Source: Camelus dromedarius (lineage: Eukaryota). From it: 64,000 nt of DNA. The notes under the pieces are model-generated. The model worked only from the letters and a program-made list of their open reading frames with translations, did no database searches and was not told where the DNA came from. This document shows, one piece after another, positions 1 to 14,619 of the stretch; position 1 is the first letter of the stretch, and every line of letters begins with the position of its first letter. The position numbers and the translations under genes were made by a program. The DNA is taken from positions 95,234,001-95,298,000 of the forward strand of contig NC_087437.1 in the NCBI RefSeq assembly GCF_036321535.1, read 5' to 3'.

Positions 1-459
1 AGAAATTATTTCTGTTCTCAAAATCAAAGGCAAAAAATGTCAGAAAGCCTCATTTTCCACCAGCTGGTAAAAAATAAAACGGTTCATCAATAGTGGAGTA
101 GCTGTGCCTAAAGCACCTTGCACCCTATTTTAAATATTCACCTCAGAAACACACACCTGCAATTTGCCAAGTGAGAGAATTGACATACACTTAACTGAAC
201 AGCCTGGTAAGCTAATGGGTCTAGGATTTGAGAGGAATGAAACACTTACTTAAATATGAGTGAATGAATACACAAAGGAATGAATCTCTCCACTCTGATC
301 CAGGCTAACAGGACAACACTCAGGTAGTTAGTAAGTTAGAGCTTACAGCTAGGACTCAAGTAAGCTTTGTCTGTAGTGGACATTCATTAAAAGATAACTG
401 TTAATTACTATGATAGAAGTGAGAGCAGAAATGAATGTCAACAGCCTGAGGCCAGTGCT

Positions 460-555
460 ACAGTGAGGCAGTGTAGAGTTGTGATTAATAAAGAGCTCTA
501 TAGTCAGACTGCCTGGGCTGAGGTCTCTGATTCACCTACTGTGTAACCTTGGGAA
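460..555 (+). mobile_element. MIR SINE 5' fragment
   Basis: gagctctatagtcagactgcctgggctg...ctactgtgtaaccttggg resembles the MIR head/core. Confidence 0.65.
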
Positions 556-1399
556 TGAAGGCACAGGTGTGCATGGCATGATATATAACTTTCTTTTTTT
601 AATATGATTGACAGAAATATATTTTGGTTAAAAGGAGTTTTTCTGAGGATTCTATTTAACTGACTTTGGATTATCTGGGAGTATAGTATATTAATGTTCC
701 AGTGTAAGAATAAACTGATTTTAAGTTAGGGCCATGTATATTCAGTTTGGGTCCAGGTGAATAAAGACACATCTATATTTATATATTTATACAAGTACTT
801 ATCCCTTGTAAAAACCAGCAAAATCAATAAATGATTTTAAACTCAACAGATGTTTTACAAACATGAGCTTTCAGCTCAGATATGTGAATTTCAAACTTTA
901 TGACTTTGAAAACCTCCTGTTTTCATTGTGTTATCAAAGTGCGATGTGTGTGTGTTAGTGTGTATGTGCACATGTTTAAAACTTCTAGATGAATAAAATT
1001 TAATATAAAAACTATTTTCTAATTATTTTAAATTTGGTTAAGTTGTGGTTTTATTTTTCCGAAGAACAGATCATATAATGACTGACAAAATAGCTGTGTG
1101 TTTTAGTTTTGTTAAAGAATCTGGAACCATTTAGTTTATATTTTTCTAAGGTCTAAAGAAATTTTTTAGCTGAAGTTCTATTAATTTCTAAAAAACTACC
1201 AAAATAAGCAAAAATATTTATAGACAGTAGGTGTAAGCTGTTAACATTTTATACTGATTAGTTTTTCAGTTCTACCACATGAATAATTACAAAAGTGCAA
1301 TGAAAAATAATGATCAAGGTCAAGAGTTTAGTTTATTTTAGCATAGCTAAATATGCTTAGAAATACAAATATGTAGTTCAGTTTTATTATATTTATTAG

Positions 1400-2070
1400 A
1401 TATCATTCAGTTAAATATTTATTTAGTATCTCCCTAATGGCAGACACTATTCTAGGTGCTGGGGAGACAAAGAACAAAACAAAACATTTTCAAATTCCTA
1501 TTTTCATGGCGTTGCAGAACAGAAGAGAGGATATTCAGTAATATAAATAAGCAAAGTATGTGGTTTGTTAGATGAGGAAAGACTAAAGCAGAAAGAGCTG
1601 GTAGGAGATGCCAAATGTGAGGATATTCATTCAGGTTTAAATAAAGGGCCCAAGATAGGCCCCCCTGAGTAAGTGTCACTTGACTAAGAATCTGACGGTG
1701 AAGGAAGGAACTCTGTGGGTGTCCATTATCCATGCAGAAGGAACAGTAGCTGCCAAAGTCCTGAGGGAGGAGGTGTCCCTGCGGCATTGAAAGAATGGCC
1801 AGGACCAAAACGTGGCTGAGACAGAGTGAGTAAGATGGAAGTATATAAAAAGAAGTGAGAGAGGTGATAAGGTGAGCACATGCTATAGAGTCTTGAAGGC
1901 TATTATAACAATTTTGGCTTTTACTCTGAGATGGGAAAATTGGAGGGTTTTGAGTCAGGGGTGAGTGTAGGAGGAACATGATTGGAAGGAGGGTTAGAAG
2001 AGGGTTCAGCACAGAGATTCAGTTTGGGACAAGTTAGGTTTAGACAGCCCATTCTTGATTTAGCAAAATG
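1400..2070 (-). mobile_element. L2 LINE 3' portion
   Basis: cattcagttaaatatttatttagtatc...cactattctaggtgctggggagaca is the reverse complement of the L2 3' end, followed by purine-rich L2 body. Confidence 0.8.
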
Positions 2071-5000
2071 AGCAGAATGAAGAAATGCAGCTACATGGTC
2101 TCTGCGTAACAAAACCTGTCCTGGTGCTGCAGAAGTACTAAAGAGCGTTCAGTTCCAAGCATATTGTCAAATGGCATCCAAAATTCAGGTGTTATGCTAG
2201 GAAAAGAGGATTTCATGGTAACACTAAACGTTTCTTACTGTGAAGGAGCTTGGGTGAGACTGACATGTGCGATGTATTCTGCTCTTACAAAGGTAAAGAC
2301 TGTTTTATGTGAGAACACAGAAATGAGATTTCCCCTATGTTATGTTTAGGAGGCGAGGATGAGAAGGTAGATGCTTTGGGAAGAAAGGAATTAGGAGAAA
2401 TTTATAGGTGAAAAAAAGATCTAGACAAATTTGCTATATAGTAGGAAGCTAGTTAAGACTTTGAGATGTAGTAAATAATATACAAGCCTCGAAACAGTGG
2501 CTAGAGAGGTGGTGAGTAGTTTAGGAACTGAAATTAGTTCTGTTGGCCTTGAAGACAGGGTGTCCAGGGAGGTCAAGCATGACAACAGACGAAGTGGAGA
2601 GTTGAGCAGGAGAGGAGCCAGGTCAGAAAGATGCTCGTCATTTAAGAACATGGATTCTATCCTTAGGGCAATTGAGAGATATTGTAGGATTTAGCTGTTC
2701 CCATGGGCCTGGAAAAGCAACTATAGTGTCAAAAGATCAGAGAAGATACATATAGAGAAAGAGTCTTATAAGGTACTTTGCTTTGTTAGTTGGCTCTTAT
2801 ATCATGGAAATACTTCCAAGTAGCAAACATTTTCCAATTAAGGAGAGAATTAAAGAAAATTCCATTAGGGCTTTAAAACTTTCTTGTCTCTAATTACACT
2901 AGAATGTGCAGACTTTGAGCTTGAACCAACTGTAGTTGAATTTGTTAATGATACTTTATTTCATTTGTTTTCGAAACAAAACTGAAATCCAAATCATTCT
3001 GGCACTTCAGCCCGAGTAATTTCATAGAGTTAATAGGCTTTAGGGCTTCTATCTGAATCCCATTAAGGATTTCTGTGTAATCTTGAAAGATATTAATAAT
3101 CTGTATGGACTGAGAATGATCCTTAGAAACGAATTCTCAGTATTACCAGCCAGAAAGTGTAATTTTGTAGACAGCAAACTGCCCAGTTACAGAGGAAAAC
3201 TGGTTAGGAGTGAACACCTTTGGCTTCACTGGAAAAAACCAACTGGATCTATTTTTTCCTTTCACTTTTGCTGGGAAAGTTTGATTAATGCATAATCTGA
3301 AAAATGACTAGGTTAAAGAAAGGCTTTACATTTTAAAATCATGTTTATTTTCTTTCTGAAGGTAAAACATGTCCACTGTTGGTAATAAAAATCAGCAAGA
3401 GATATATTACATCCAATGCAAGGTGATCTGTTAAGATCTTTGGGGCAGCAAAAATGGATTACAAGGTTGAGAGAAGGGGAATGGAAGTGAATTGACTGAT
3501 AGTGGGAACACAGATGAGGTGATGATCTTTTTGTCCTGTAAGTCAGCACCAGAATACATTTATCAGTCATCTACATCAATATAAGCAGATTTTAGAAGTA
3601 AATAAGTCAAGATTTGTTTCATTAGTCTGCAAGTCCTTGTTTGGATAATCCCCCTCACCTCATCCCCCAATTCAAAAAATATATATAAAAAAGAAAGAAA
3701 GGAAAAAAAAGAACAACTGCTGGCATTCACTTTCCTATGAATATAGCAAATTGATGCAATATCTATTCCAAAGGAAAAGCTTCCTTTCTGTTTCTGTCTC
3801 CATGTGTAAAAAAGAAATGAATGCTGCAGTTGTTGGACAAGGGATAACAGTTGATTTGGAATGAGCCAGCCAAAAATGTCCCAAACAAATTAATAGCATA
3901 GAAACATCTGCTGCTGTTTTATTAGAGTTTCACATAAAAACCTAGTTTGCAAGCTGGCATTTGGAAAGCTTTTCTTTACACTGAACTCTTAACGTAGCTG
4001 CAAAAGGCAATCAAGACCATATGTCTTACATTTTTAGGTCCAAAATTTCCTACATCTCTCTCCAACCTGGGACAGTTGCTTGTAACATGAGTGCTGAATT
4101 ATGAAACCCGTTTTTAAGATCGGAATATTTTAACAATATATTTAAAGTCATTGAGGCTATGGCATTTACATTTCTCTGCTTTGGTTATTATTACAATTTA
4201 ATTCTAAAAATCTTTGTATTTTATTTTCACCCATCATTATTTCAGTAATGTTGGCTTTAGCTAGGCATAACATTTAAAGTATACATTACAGTATTAATTT
4301 TAGATGGTTTTAACCCAATCATTGGTCAGGAAGTGGAGTTCTGATTTTGGGGAGATGAAAACCATGTAATAGCCTATGAAATAAATTATTTTGTAGAAAA
4401 ATTTCCTCATTCTTATTATAATATGTGTATCTAATATGACTTAATAAACTCTCCTAAAACCCTCATGAGGAAAATGGACAAATTTCAGTTCCTATGTTAC
4501 GAAAGCACCATTGTTCATTGCCATTCTCTCACAGTTTCATGGCAGAGAATGTAATGCCGAATCTTGTTAATGTGTTTACAAGGTTTTAGCAAATGTTTGT
4601 TGGACATTAATACTAATAATGCTACAGCTTATTTTCATTTTGTGATATGGCATGCCAGCTCCCCCTTTCCTTTCCCTTCTTTATTTTCCCTTTGGAACTT
4701 CAGTCTTTACACACACATCCACATACGCAAATACACATGCATATACCGTATGTATGCATACAAATGTTTAAATTAGAACCTAAAAGGATGACACCATATG
4801 TTCTCCATAGCTTTTGTTTGTATACGACAAACTCTTCATTGTTGCTTTGATTCTGACAGGAACCGAAGAAAGTTCTGTAGTAACTTCATCTTTTCTGTCA
4901 CTTCAGAATACCATCAATTCTAATACCATCTTTTTATTCACGTTTCACAACTCTGAAATCTGTGTAGGTTTGCAGTTGTTGGCATTTTACTTCCAATGAA

Positions 5001-5724
5001 CTATGAGAACATTTTTTTCACTAAAAAGGAAAAAATAACCAAGGCTCATTTGCTTATGGGAGGGAAATTCCTTTTACTCTGAAAGTCAGTTTCCTGTGTT
5101 ATCCATTATTAGATATAGCATTTTAGTTTCTTTGGGAAATACCTAAGGTTAGAAAAAGGACCAAGAGTTCAAACAGGGGAAATGTCACTTGGTTTCTCTA
5201 TGAAGTTGTTTACACCAGAAAATATTATTTTCTTAAGAGAAAAATAACCAAATGAGTATAATTTCTTTTTTCTCTTTTACATTCCAGAATACTTGATCCT
5301 ACCGCTGTTTGTACATTTCTCCTTATAAATTGCTCTGTGGGAAATTCTTGGGAAAAAAATGAAATATCTTATAATTTTCTACTGTTAGAAAGACCTTCCT
5401 TTTTTTTAATCCTTTATTGTCCTATTCTAGAAGATCTAAATCATTAAGTGAACATGTGAAAAAAAATGAGTAACTATAAAGCACTATATTAATTACCAAA
5501 TACTACTTTCTCATTCTGTAAAAGTACCATATGCAAGAATCCCATTTTAGAACTCATGCACATGCCAATCACTAATTTAAAAATACTATTATAGAGATTT
5601 AAAATATCAAATCTGTATCTTTTAGTATAAAAGTGTTTGTTTAAACTCATTCTCTATCTTGGGGGATTTCACACGTTTTTTACTTTACAAGAATATCAAT
5701 GTCATTGGAATGGAGTTCCAGATA

Positions 5725-6140
5725 GCTTCTGCCAAAGTTATCTTTCTGTAATGTGAATCTGGTTATGCAATTCCCCTGCTTAAAACAAAGTAGAATAAAA
5801 CCTTCAGGGGCTTCCTAATTCATCAAGTTCAGACATTATAATATGGCTTATAAATCCTACTCCATCTGTCCCTTATTTATCTCTATAGTCTCATCTCTTC
5901 AAACCTTCTTCCCACTTTCACAAACACTGATCACTTTTTGAAACATTGCTTTAGTGCTACAGCAGGTCATACTCTGTCTTCCCACTTTTCACATGCCTCT
6001 TCCCCATCTTGAAGCACTTTAACCACCTCTCATTCCAACAGATCTCCTTTTCCCTGTTGGTTCTCAATTTAGATACCACTTCCAGGAACTTTGACTGATA
6101 CCTCAAGTCTAAATCAGGTGCTGTGTTGGTTGGGATTAAG
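5725..6140 (+). mobile_element. L2 LINE fragment
   Basis: gccaaagttatctttct...aatctggttatgcaattcccctgcttaaaac...cttcaggggcttcc, typical L2 3' region. Confidence 0.6.
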
Positions 6141-8749
6141 GTCAACTATAAATAACTCCAAATTAGAGACAACAAGTTAAATTTTTTAATAATTGCTTTT
6201 GAAAATCCTTTATAAGTAAAACATTATTGCTATATAATAACTATAATTTTAGCACAAGTATACCACTGGCTAAAATAAAGTGTGATTACACCATTACTAA
6301 TGTCTATATGTTATGTGTTTTATTCTTTCATTTGTAATATAGTATACTGCTTGACAGAACAAAAATGTTTTATCTGTAGAGTATATTTCAAAATCCAGAG
6401 AGCACAAAGTTTAGGCTTAAAATAATATGAATGAAACATATTGGTATATTTTTCTTCAGTAGACCTAATTAGTTACTCTAAAGAAGATGCTATAATGAAT
6501 ATGACCAAAATTACTTTATTCTCAAACCCCAAAATATATTCATATTTGGATACTATTGTGATTATGAGAAGAACCAAGTAATGGTGATCTTAAGACCTAA
6601 GTTTAAAGTTAGAAAAATAGATACATTCATTTATTAAAAATATATCAGAGAATTATATAAGTAGTTTTAAATATGGCTAACTGACAATTATTTGTATATA
6701 AGTAATTTAAGTACACGCTTTAAGAAGAAATTTACAATTCCACATTTCTTAGTGACTTTCTCATGTGATTTGTGTCATTAAGACACAAAAATGGGGAAGG
6801 ACACCAAATTAGTCTCAAGAAATCTTCTGGCAAATATATTTCTCAACATGGTAAACACATGAAAAGAAAAAAAAATGTACATAAATTCTAAATTTCTCTT
6901 ACTTTGATACAAACTTTCCCAAGGAAGCCCTTGTAGTGCAGGACTGAGAATGTGTTAATTGAGCTGACAGACTTTCAAGTGGTAGAATGAGGATAGGACC
7001 AATCATGATTCTTTCCAGGCATTTGAAGATCAAATGAATCATTATGAATCCTGTAAAAGTTGCAACAGTCAATGGTTACTTGGAAAAGGGCATTTAATAA
7101 ACAGGCACAAACAGGAAGCTGTATAAAGGAACATGCAGAAGGAGCTCTTGTCACCGAGAGAGGCTTTTGAAACTGAACCCTCAAGGAGCTCTTATAAGCC
7201 CAACAAGTGCTGAGCTTAAAAGGGAAATGCCTGAAGCAGATGAACCCAACCAATAGACGCTGGAACTCTTAATAGACGTACAGCAGTTGTGCCACAAGCC
7301 TACGGAACATGTCCAGAGGAAAAACATGTTGCCAAACCCTGAGTGTTTTCTCTCTTTGCATTTGCTCTGGTGAGTTAAGTCAAGGAACAGATCATTTCTC
7401 ATCCAATTGCTAGATTCCAGACTACTCATCGATGGAAAAAAAAAAGTCTTCCCCAGAACTTTTTTTTTCCTCTATATTATTTTCTTCAGAGTGGGAAAAA
7501 AAGAAGAGTGGGAGGAATGATTGAGAGGTGCAGTGGGTTTAATAAAGGACTCTTTTGCCTCCAAAAATTGGGGGAAAGAAAGGAAGCCACTCTGAAGTAA
7601 TAGTTTTTGAAACATTCCCACTGGCAGAAAACGACTGTTGTGGTTTTTCTTAATTGTGTTGTATACACAGGAAATGTTTTAGTGGAAGAAAGAAGAAACC
7701 TAAGCTAAAATGCTTGAGAAATAAGGCTAGCTTCATTTTTTAATACACGAATAAATCTATTATGTGTTTGAGGGAAAAAATCAGGGCTGTCTCAATATTC
7801 CATTTTTATTAATTCTCAGATTTAGAACAGAATTAACAATAGAAATCCTGAAAAATAAACAGACAAAAGTCTCCAAATAATAGGCCAGCATATTTACCAA
7901 ATCTAAATGTTCCAATCTATATGAAAAGATGTATTAGTTTTGAAAGAGTAGTTCTGAGTGCTGGGGGTGGCGGGTTTTTTGTTGGCTTCAGTGGGCTTTG
8001 AAGCAGAACAATTTGGTATGCTCTTAAAGACACCACAGTTTATAGCACAGATTTTAAGTACATATGATTCTTACATAGAAGAGAAATCTTTTAAGTACAC
8101 ATTGCAACACATAGTGTCACTGCACAATTTTACATCTTTTAAAATATGCGTGCACATTCAAGAGGGAATCACTCTCAAGATACAGTATGGAGACTTTCCT
8201 TGATAGGATAGACTCAGTAGCCTTCTTCCTATTCCCTTTTGGTTTTCTGCAAAATAAGCTGTACCTGTGTGGCTAGTTTCCTAAGCCACAGTTGAGTCCA
8301 TTGGCTGATCTGTCTCTATGCTCTCACTCTTCATGCTGTCAACAGCAACCATTTCTTAGCTTGTAAGAGGAAAATGAGGAGGAAGTCTTCATGAATGTAT
8401 TGTGTTTCACAGGAACAGCTCAAAAAGAAGGCTAGATACACCGGCCTTTAAGAAATGAGGTGTAGAAAAAAATGAAAGGACCACCTGCTATTTGAAACTA
8501 GAATTATTAGCAGAAAATAACTAGTAGAAACTGAATAATCTAGATCACTTTATTTTGCCTATAATCTGGCAATTCTATAATAAAAGTAATTGTTGCCTCA
8601 TTTTTAGAATCTAACATCTTTTCAGTATGTTCTCTATTTGCAATCTTTTTTCTTCTCATTGATGAAAATTTCCTTACAAACAGCGATGACATATAAAATT
8701 TTCTCCTAGGCATCATATTAGGAGGGAAGAGAACGTTTTTCTGTTTGTG

Positions 8750-8990
8750 TGCACATAGTATGTTCTAGACATTGCACTAAGCCCTCGTCATACATATCTT
8801 ATTTAATTTCAACCGTAGCCCTAAAGAGGAGGGAAAGAGAGGCATTATTTCCAGTGTGCAGGTCAGGAAGCTTAAGGTCAAGCATATTGATTAGTTTACC
8901 AAAGATATATAGCTACTAAGTGGAGTGTAGGAATTTGGACTCCCATGTGTCTGATGTGCATATCCCTATTCTCTTTATAGTGGCATAACT
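8750..8990 (-). mobile_element. MIR SINE
   Basis: tatgttctagacattgcactaagc...atttaatttcaac...tttaccaaagatatatagctactaagtgg...atttggactc, reverse-complement MIR. Confidence 0.7.
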
Positions 8991-9089
8991 TCTCCTATTA
9001 GAATTAAATGACTACATAGAGCAGAGATTACTCCTTTGCAATACAGATACAATATAAGTACTTCCTAATATGAAGCAAAATAGCCTTTA

Positions 9090-9240
9090 TTTCAGACTAT
9101 ATTTATTCAGCATATTTACTAGCTATGTTTCCTTGGTCAAGTCATCATGAAAAATTTATATACCTTTTCTATACTTCAGTTTTCATATCTACAAAATAAA
9201 AGCACATATATGATCTGCCAGCTTATAGAGACATTGTAAC
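9090..9240 (+). mobile_element. MIR SINE interrupted by the adjacent L1
   Basis: tttactagctatgtttccttggtcaagtca...cttcagttttcatatctacaaaat MIR core. Confidence 0.65.
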
Positions 9241-9241
9241 T

Positions 9242-9730
9242 TCGACAGATGACCGGATAAAGACGTTGTGGTATATTTATACAATGGAATACTACTTAGA
9301 GATTAAAAAAAGAATAAAGTAATGCCATTTGCAGCAATATGGATGGACCTGGAGATCGTCATTCTAAGTGAAGTAAGTCAGAAAGAGAAAGAAAAATACC
9401 ATATGATATCAATTCATATGTGGAATCTTAAAAAAAAGAAAGGAAGGGAAAGAAAAAAAGAGGGCACTAATGAACTCACCTACAAAACAGTAACAGACTC
9501 ACAAACATAGTAACAATTTTATGGTTACCGAGGGAAAGGAAGTGGGAAGGGATAAAAATTTGGGAGTTTGAGATTTGCAAAGGTTAACCACTATATATAA
9601 AAGTAGATAAAAAAATAATTTTTTCTGTATAGCACAGGGAACTATATTCAATATCTTATAATAATCTTTAATGTAAAAGAATATGAAAACGAATATATGT
9701 ACATATATGCATGATGGGGAGATTGCACTG
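9242..9730 (+). mobile_element. L1 fragment (end of ORF2 plus 3' UTR), lacking terminal poly(A)
   Basis: Encodes MPFAAIWMDLEIVILSEVSQKEKEKYHMIS (L1 ORF2p C-terminus), followed by L1 3' UTR (ctgtatagcacagggaactatattcaata). Confidence 0.92.
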
Positions 9731-12700
9731 TTGCCAGTGAGGATGATGAGGAGGAGGAGGATGACAGTAGTCCTGGGTTCCTTCTGTAACACCTTTTCCA
9801 TAAAATCTTCTATAGCATTGAAATCGCTTATTTGATAAATTAAAATTAACTAAGGAGGTTTAATATAGTAAAAGCAGGTAGAGCTCTCAACTGTCGTCTA
9901 GTGTTTTTTGTTTTGTATTGTTTTTGTACCAAATCATTGGATGAGCCTGTCCAACTCTTTTGACATATCTTAGTTCTATATTTAGAGTATTTTTTCTGTA
10001 ACTTAGTAAAGAGATATTTTAATTCTGTCTTGCCTTCCAGGGATTAGGAAGGACTCTACAACATGTTTCTTCATGTGCTAAAGATCTTGATGTGTAGTTT
10101 GTGCTTTTTTTTTTATTAACTTGAATGGCTGTATCTTGAAAGTGCTTTATTTTTATGTTCTTTCAACTAGTATCACAAATAGCAATGTATCACTGCAAAG
10201 ATACTCTTCTGTAAGCCATATATTCTTCAGAAAGAGATAGTAGAATTAGTTGAATATGGAAGATATACTTTTGTAGAAAATTAGCTAGAGGAATTATATA
10301 ATAAATTATTTTGAATCCAGCAGATACACTCCCTCACTGCCTGTAAAACTGCTTTGCCTCTCATGAAAATCCCTTCCTACTGTAAGTTTTTGTCCTGTTG
10401 AACTATCTGATCTTAACTGCAAAGAAAGGGAAACAATGACCAGAAAAACTGCCTTCTGTTTGGAAAGACGACATTTATGAGACTACTTTAAGGAAAAAGA
10501 TCAGCATGGGAAAGTATCTTATAAATGTGGTCTAGTATAATCATACTAAAAAGTGAATACATTGATTACTCCGGTGACATCAAACACTAAAATAAGCATC
10601 ACAGACCTACAGGAAGCATTTCCTTTTCCTGTTTTTGTCATGTCCTATATATCTTATGTATAAATGTACCACCAAATGTTTTCAGAATATCTGTTATTGA
10701 ATTGCTTGCTGGCATTTCATTTTCAGACTAGTTTCATTTCTATTTGTTATATTTGTCTGGAGAAATACAAATTGGTTAAAATACTCATTTATCAAGCAGA
10801 TAACTTGTAGAAAGTATCCAATACTATGCTTACAACATTTAAAATACTTCTAGACTTGTTTCCTGATTATCTCCAACTAGCCACTTGTTTTGCATTTATA
10901 TTTTATATAGCACATTTACATGGATTTTTCTTCAATTTGTAACTAAAATCCAGTGTTTTCCTTTTGCCTGTATATATTTTGTTAGTGACAGAATTAGGAT
11001 AAAATTGTAAAGAAAATTATAATAAAAAAGTAGTACTGCAATTTTAGACTTTTTGATATCTGGATGTTTTGATGTAAACTTTTATATACTGAAACATTGA
11101 ATGTATCTGATACTATAGTAGGTTCATGATTTAAAAGATGAACCCTCTATTTTAATCTTAGAGAATTAAAAAACTATTTCATAATTGAATATATCTTGAA
11201 TAAATTTTCAGCAAAAGCAACAGAAATGTTCAGCATTACTTCACACTGTCCAAAAGTTTTTCCCTGACAATTACAGCAATGAACTTTTGGGGCAAATACA
11301 TTGGAAAAGTCCCTGACTTCTTTTCATAATATCTCTGGATATTATGATTTATGAATCCTACACCTCATGTGAATTTTTGTTTTTAGCCATACCATGTCTC
11401 ACAATAGTAAGTACTCTAAGTTTTTGTTAAACTCAGTAAAATCGAGTACTCTGTGTTCACCTACCTGAAGTGGTATAGCATTCAGTCTGTCATGGAGTAT
11501 GTAGAGGTTTATGGTAATCAGTATCCGTTCTATTCATGAACTATTTAATATTTTCTTGATTAGACGTCTCTCAACGTTTAATTTCTAGACTGAATTCACT
11601 TTTTATAAACCTTTATTATATCACCTTCACGTGAGGCTAATATTACTTCTTGTATTACAAATGAGGATGTCATCCTGTTCTAAGGTTGAGGGCAGATGAC
11701 TTTGGGAGATTCCTTTTGACTGCAACTCATTGCAAGTTGTTTTCCTGATTAAAAGTGTTCATTACCTTTTTTCCCATTTCATATTTAGGCAAATATCTTT
11801 ATAATAAGGGATCCAAAAATGATTGTGATTCCATTGCTTACCACTGATCAGATACTGCTAAATGACTTAGCTACATTTTTGCAGTTGTTATTTGTTTCTG
11901 GGTTGCTTTCTAAATCTATTTTTGTCCCAGAAATATTGCAGGATTTTTAAATTTATTTTAATAGCAAAGGAAACAAAATGTATTCAACTACAAGTATAAA
12001 TGAGACAATTAATGTCAGCTCCTAAGAATGCCATTATAAAATACTTTTGGAACATCAACTACACACTTGTACTGTTAGCAAAACATCTGTCCAACTTCCA
12101 ACTTTAGAACCAATTATGCAAGAGGGGACTGTGTTGGATGAGGCGCTCTAGGAAAGTACTGGAGTGAATTGGCACCACTTACTGTCATGTTAAGATGACT
12201 GTGACTCAGAATCAAGACAGGCTTATCAAGGGGAAAGAATAGATAAGGGTGAATCCTTGAGCAGAAAAGAAGATTGATTTTGTATGAGTGTTTTAAAGTA
12301 GCGTCAAATAAGTAGGCAGTGCATGCTGTCAGGAGAGCCTGGCATAGTGCAGTCGGTGGGGGTACCGGCAGGTAAAGGGTTAGCCCAAGAGAAACTTGAG
12401 TGCTGGAAATGGTAATGCAGTCATGGGTGGAGGAAATCCAGAGGATTAGAAGAAAGAAGAGCAGATTCCAGAAACTAGCCAGAGAAACAAGATACAGATT
12501 CAAAAATGGTAGAATAAAATGGCTCAGTGTCCAAAACTAGAGCAGGAAATAGGTTTGGGTATAGAAGCAGGCCAAAACTCAGTTACTGCACTGGATGTTT
12601 AAGGAAAGAATGAAACAAATTGAAAAATTGGTTTGTTTTTTATCCACTAGAGAATGGATCCAATACCTCTGTTATACTTCGCTTGTCTACAAAAGAGGTT

Positions 12701-14369
12701 TAACAAAAGCTGTGAGAATTTGGGGCAGGCAGAGTGAAGAATTCCAAGGGTGGTCATTAGATCCCACTATATGACACTAATCTATCGCTTTATCATTCTC
12801 ACACCTCCAGTAGAAAATCCTCCAAGCTGGTTTTCTCATGGGCCCAAACAGAATATATTCCTTTCCACCTGCCTGCTTTGCTTTGTAATTGTCTATCTGC
12901 CTGGAAAGTTAAGACTCTCCTAGCTTATCTACCTTCTGTTCTTCCTCTTAGTCCCCACTCAAGTCTTACCTTCAGATAACTACTAAGCAAGTTTCCATGA
13001 AGACCTTCACCTATAAGACGTCAGTAAGGAAAGTATGAAAGTATACTAAACTGCTCTTCATGAGTTTCATTGAACTGAAAATTTCCAAGTTGTTGTACCT
13101 TTGGATTACTTGATGTTTTGACATGTCTGTGTTCCTGTATGTTTGACTGGTCAGAGATCTAAAAATATATGATGAACTCTCTTTTGATCTCCTTCGTTGA
13201 ACATCTGAAAAAGTTTACTTAGCATGTGGTAACAATTTTAATTTGGGAGCATGCTGATAATAAAAAGATGTGTGTGCAAGCATGCATCCGCAAGTTAAAA
13301 ATGAATCCACATATACTTGTTCTTAGCATTCAGCTTGTCTGAGTTTGTTTTTATAAACAGAACTATTAAGCTTGTGGCTTTTACTAAATGCAGAGTAAAT
13401 AAAATATGAGTCAATCAAAAAGGCTGATAGCATCTATACATACTACCTAGTAATTTTATGTGTTTTGTAGACCTGTTCTAACATGCTTGTTTGACACTCT
13501 ACTTAAAATATCATATGCGGTACCTATTAATTAGCCATTTAAGAAAAACAACTTTTTATGTTCTTCCAAAGAAAAGGGATTTTATTTAGATGTAACAGAT
13601 CCTGCAATGATGATATACTATATTCTGTACTTGAAAAATCCTGAATTTTTCTATACTCATCTGGATTTTATAGAATGTTTTCTAAATAGCATGTATCCTC
13701 TTTATACTAAATCCCATATGTGAGGAAAATAACACATAAACCAAAACAGTTGTGATTGGTTTGGATTATTTAATGCTTTTTTTAGAGAAGAAAGAAAAAC
13801 TAAAAAAAATATAGTAACTGATGGCATACTGCATTTCTCTTCTCTGTTTTCTCATATCATGAAGAACAGTCATTACACATGCAAACGGAGATCATATTCT
13901 TTTTTTTTTGTTATCTCATGCCAGATATTACATAATTTCAAAAGGCATTTCATCACGCCTAAATATCTGATTTTCAGAGTTTTTTTTAATTACATATATA
14001 TTCATTCATTCCATACATGTTTTCAAGATATATGGTTAGAATTTTTCATAGTGGTGGTTTTTAGGAAAAACTGCTTAAGAAATGTCTTCCACTTTGGTGT
14101 AGAATCAAACATTTCATTATACCAAAGGTTACATAATTAATTGTCATTACCTCTCTGCTTTTTGAAAAGTGACTGAAGAGTGATCTCTAGTTATTTCTGA
14201 TTAATTGCATAGCCTCTTGGGACATACTCAGTTTTGTATTTCGGTAACCACAGCTCAGAAGCTGACTGAAATATGGCTAGCTGGTGTAGGGTGATAAGAG
14301 GTGGTGCTACTCCCTTACGCCAATGATGGGTAGACCCTGATTATAGTAGGCGGTTGAGCCTTCCCATTT

Positions 14370-14451
<82 letters not shown>

Positions 14452-14504
14452 TAGATAGGCAGATAGGCAGATAGGCAGATAGGCAGATACACAGATAGAT
14501 AGAT
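14370..14504. repeat. Compound microsatellite (GATA)13(GACA)7 GATA (GATAGGCA)4 plus degenerate tail
   Basis: Read directly from sequence. Confidence 0.97.
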
Positions 14505-14619
14505 TTACAGCAACACGGAGTTTCAAAATGAAAGCAATAGAAGAATTAATTGGAAGTGACTGAACCAATACTGTGGAATGAGAACACTATCAAGTACGGT
14601 CTCATTGATATTTCTTTTG

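Noticed and set aside
1452..2012. Longest ORF in the track (186 aa)
   Set aside because: Lies within a degenerate L2; no recognisable domain or exon structure.
12100..12570. Purine-rich segment and 129-aa minus-strand ORF
   Set aside because: Probably an old repeat I cannot name; no domain similarity recognised.
14307..14568. ORFs with repeated LSIY/LSVC peptides
   Set aside because: Translation of the GATA/GACA microsatellite.
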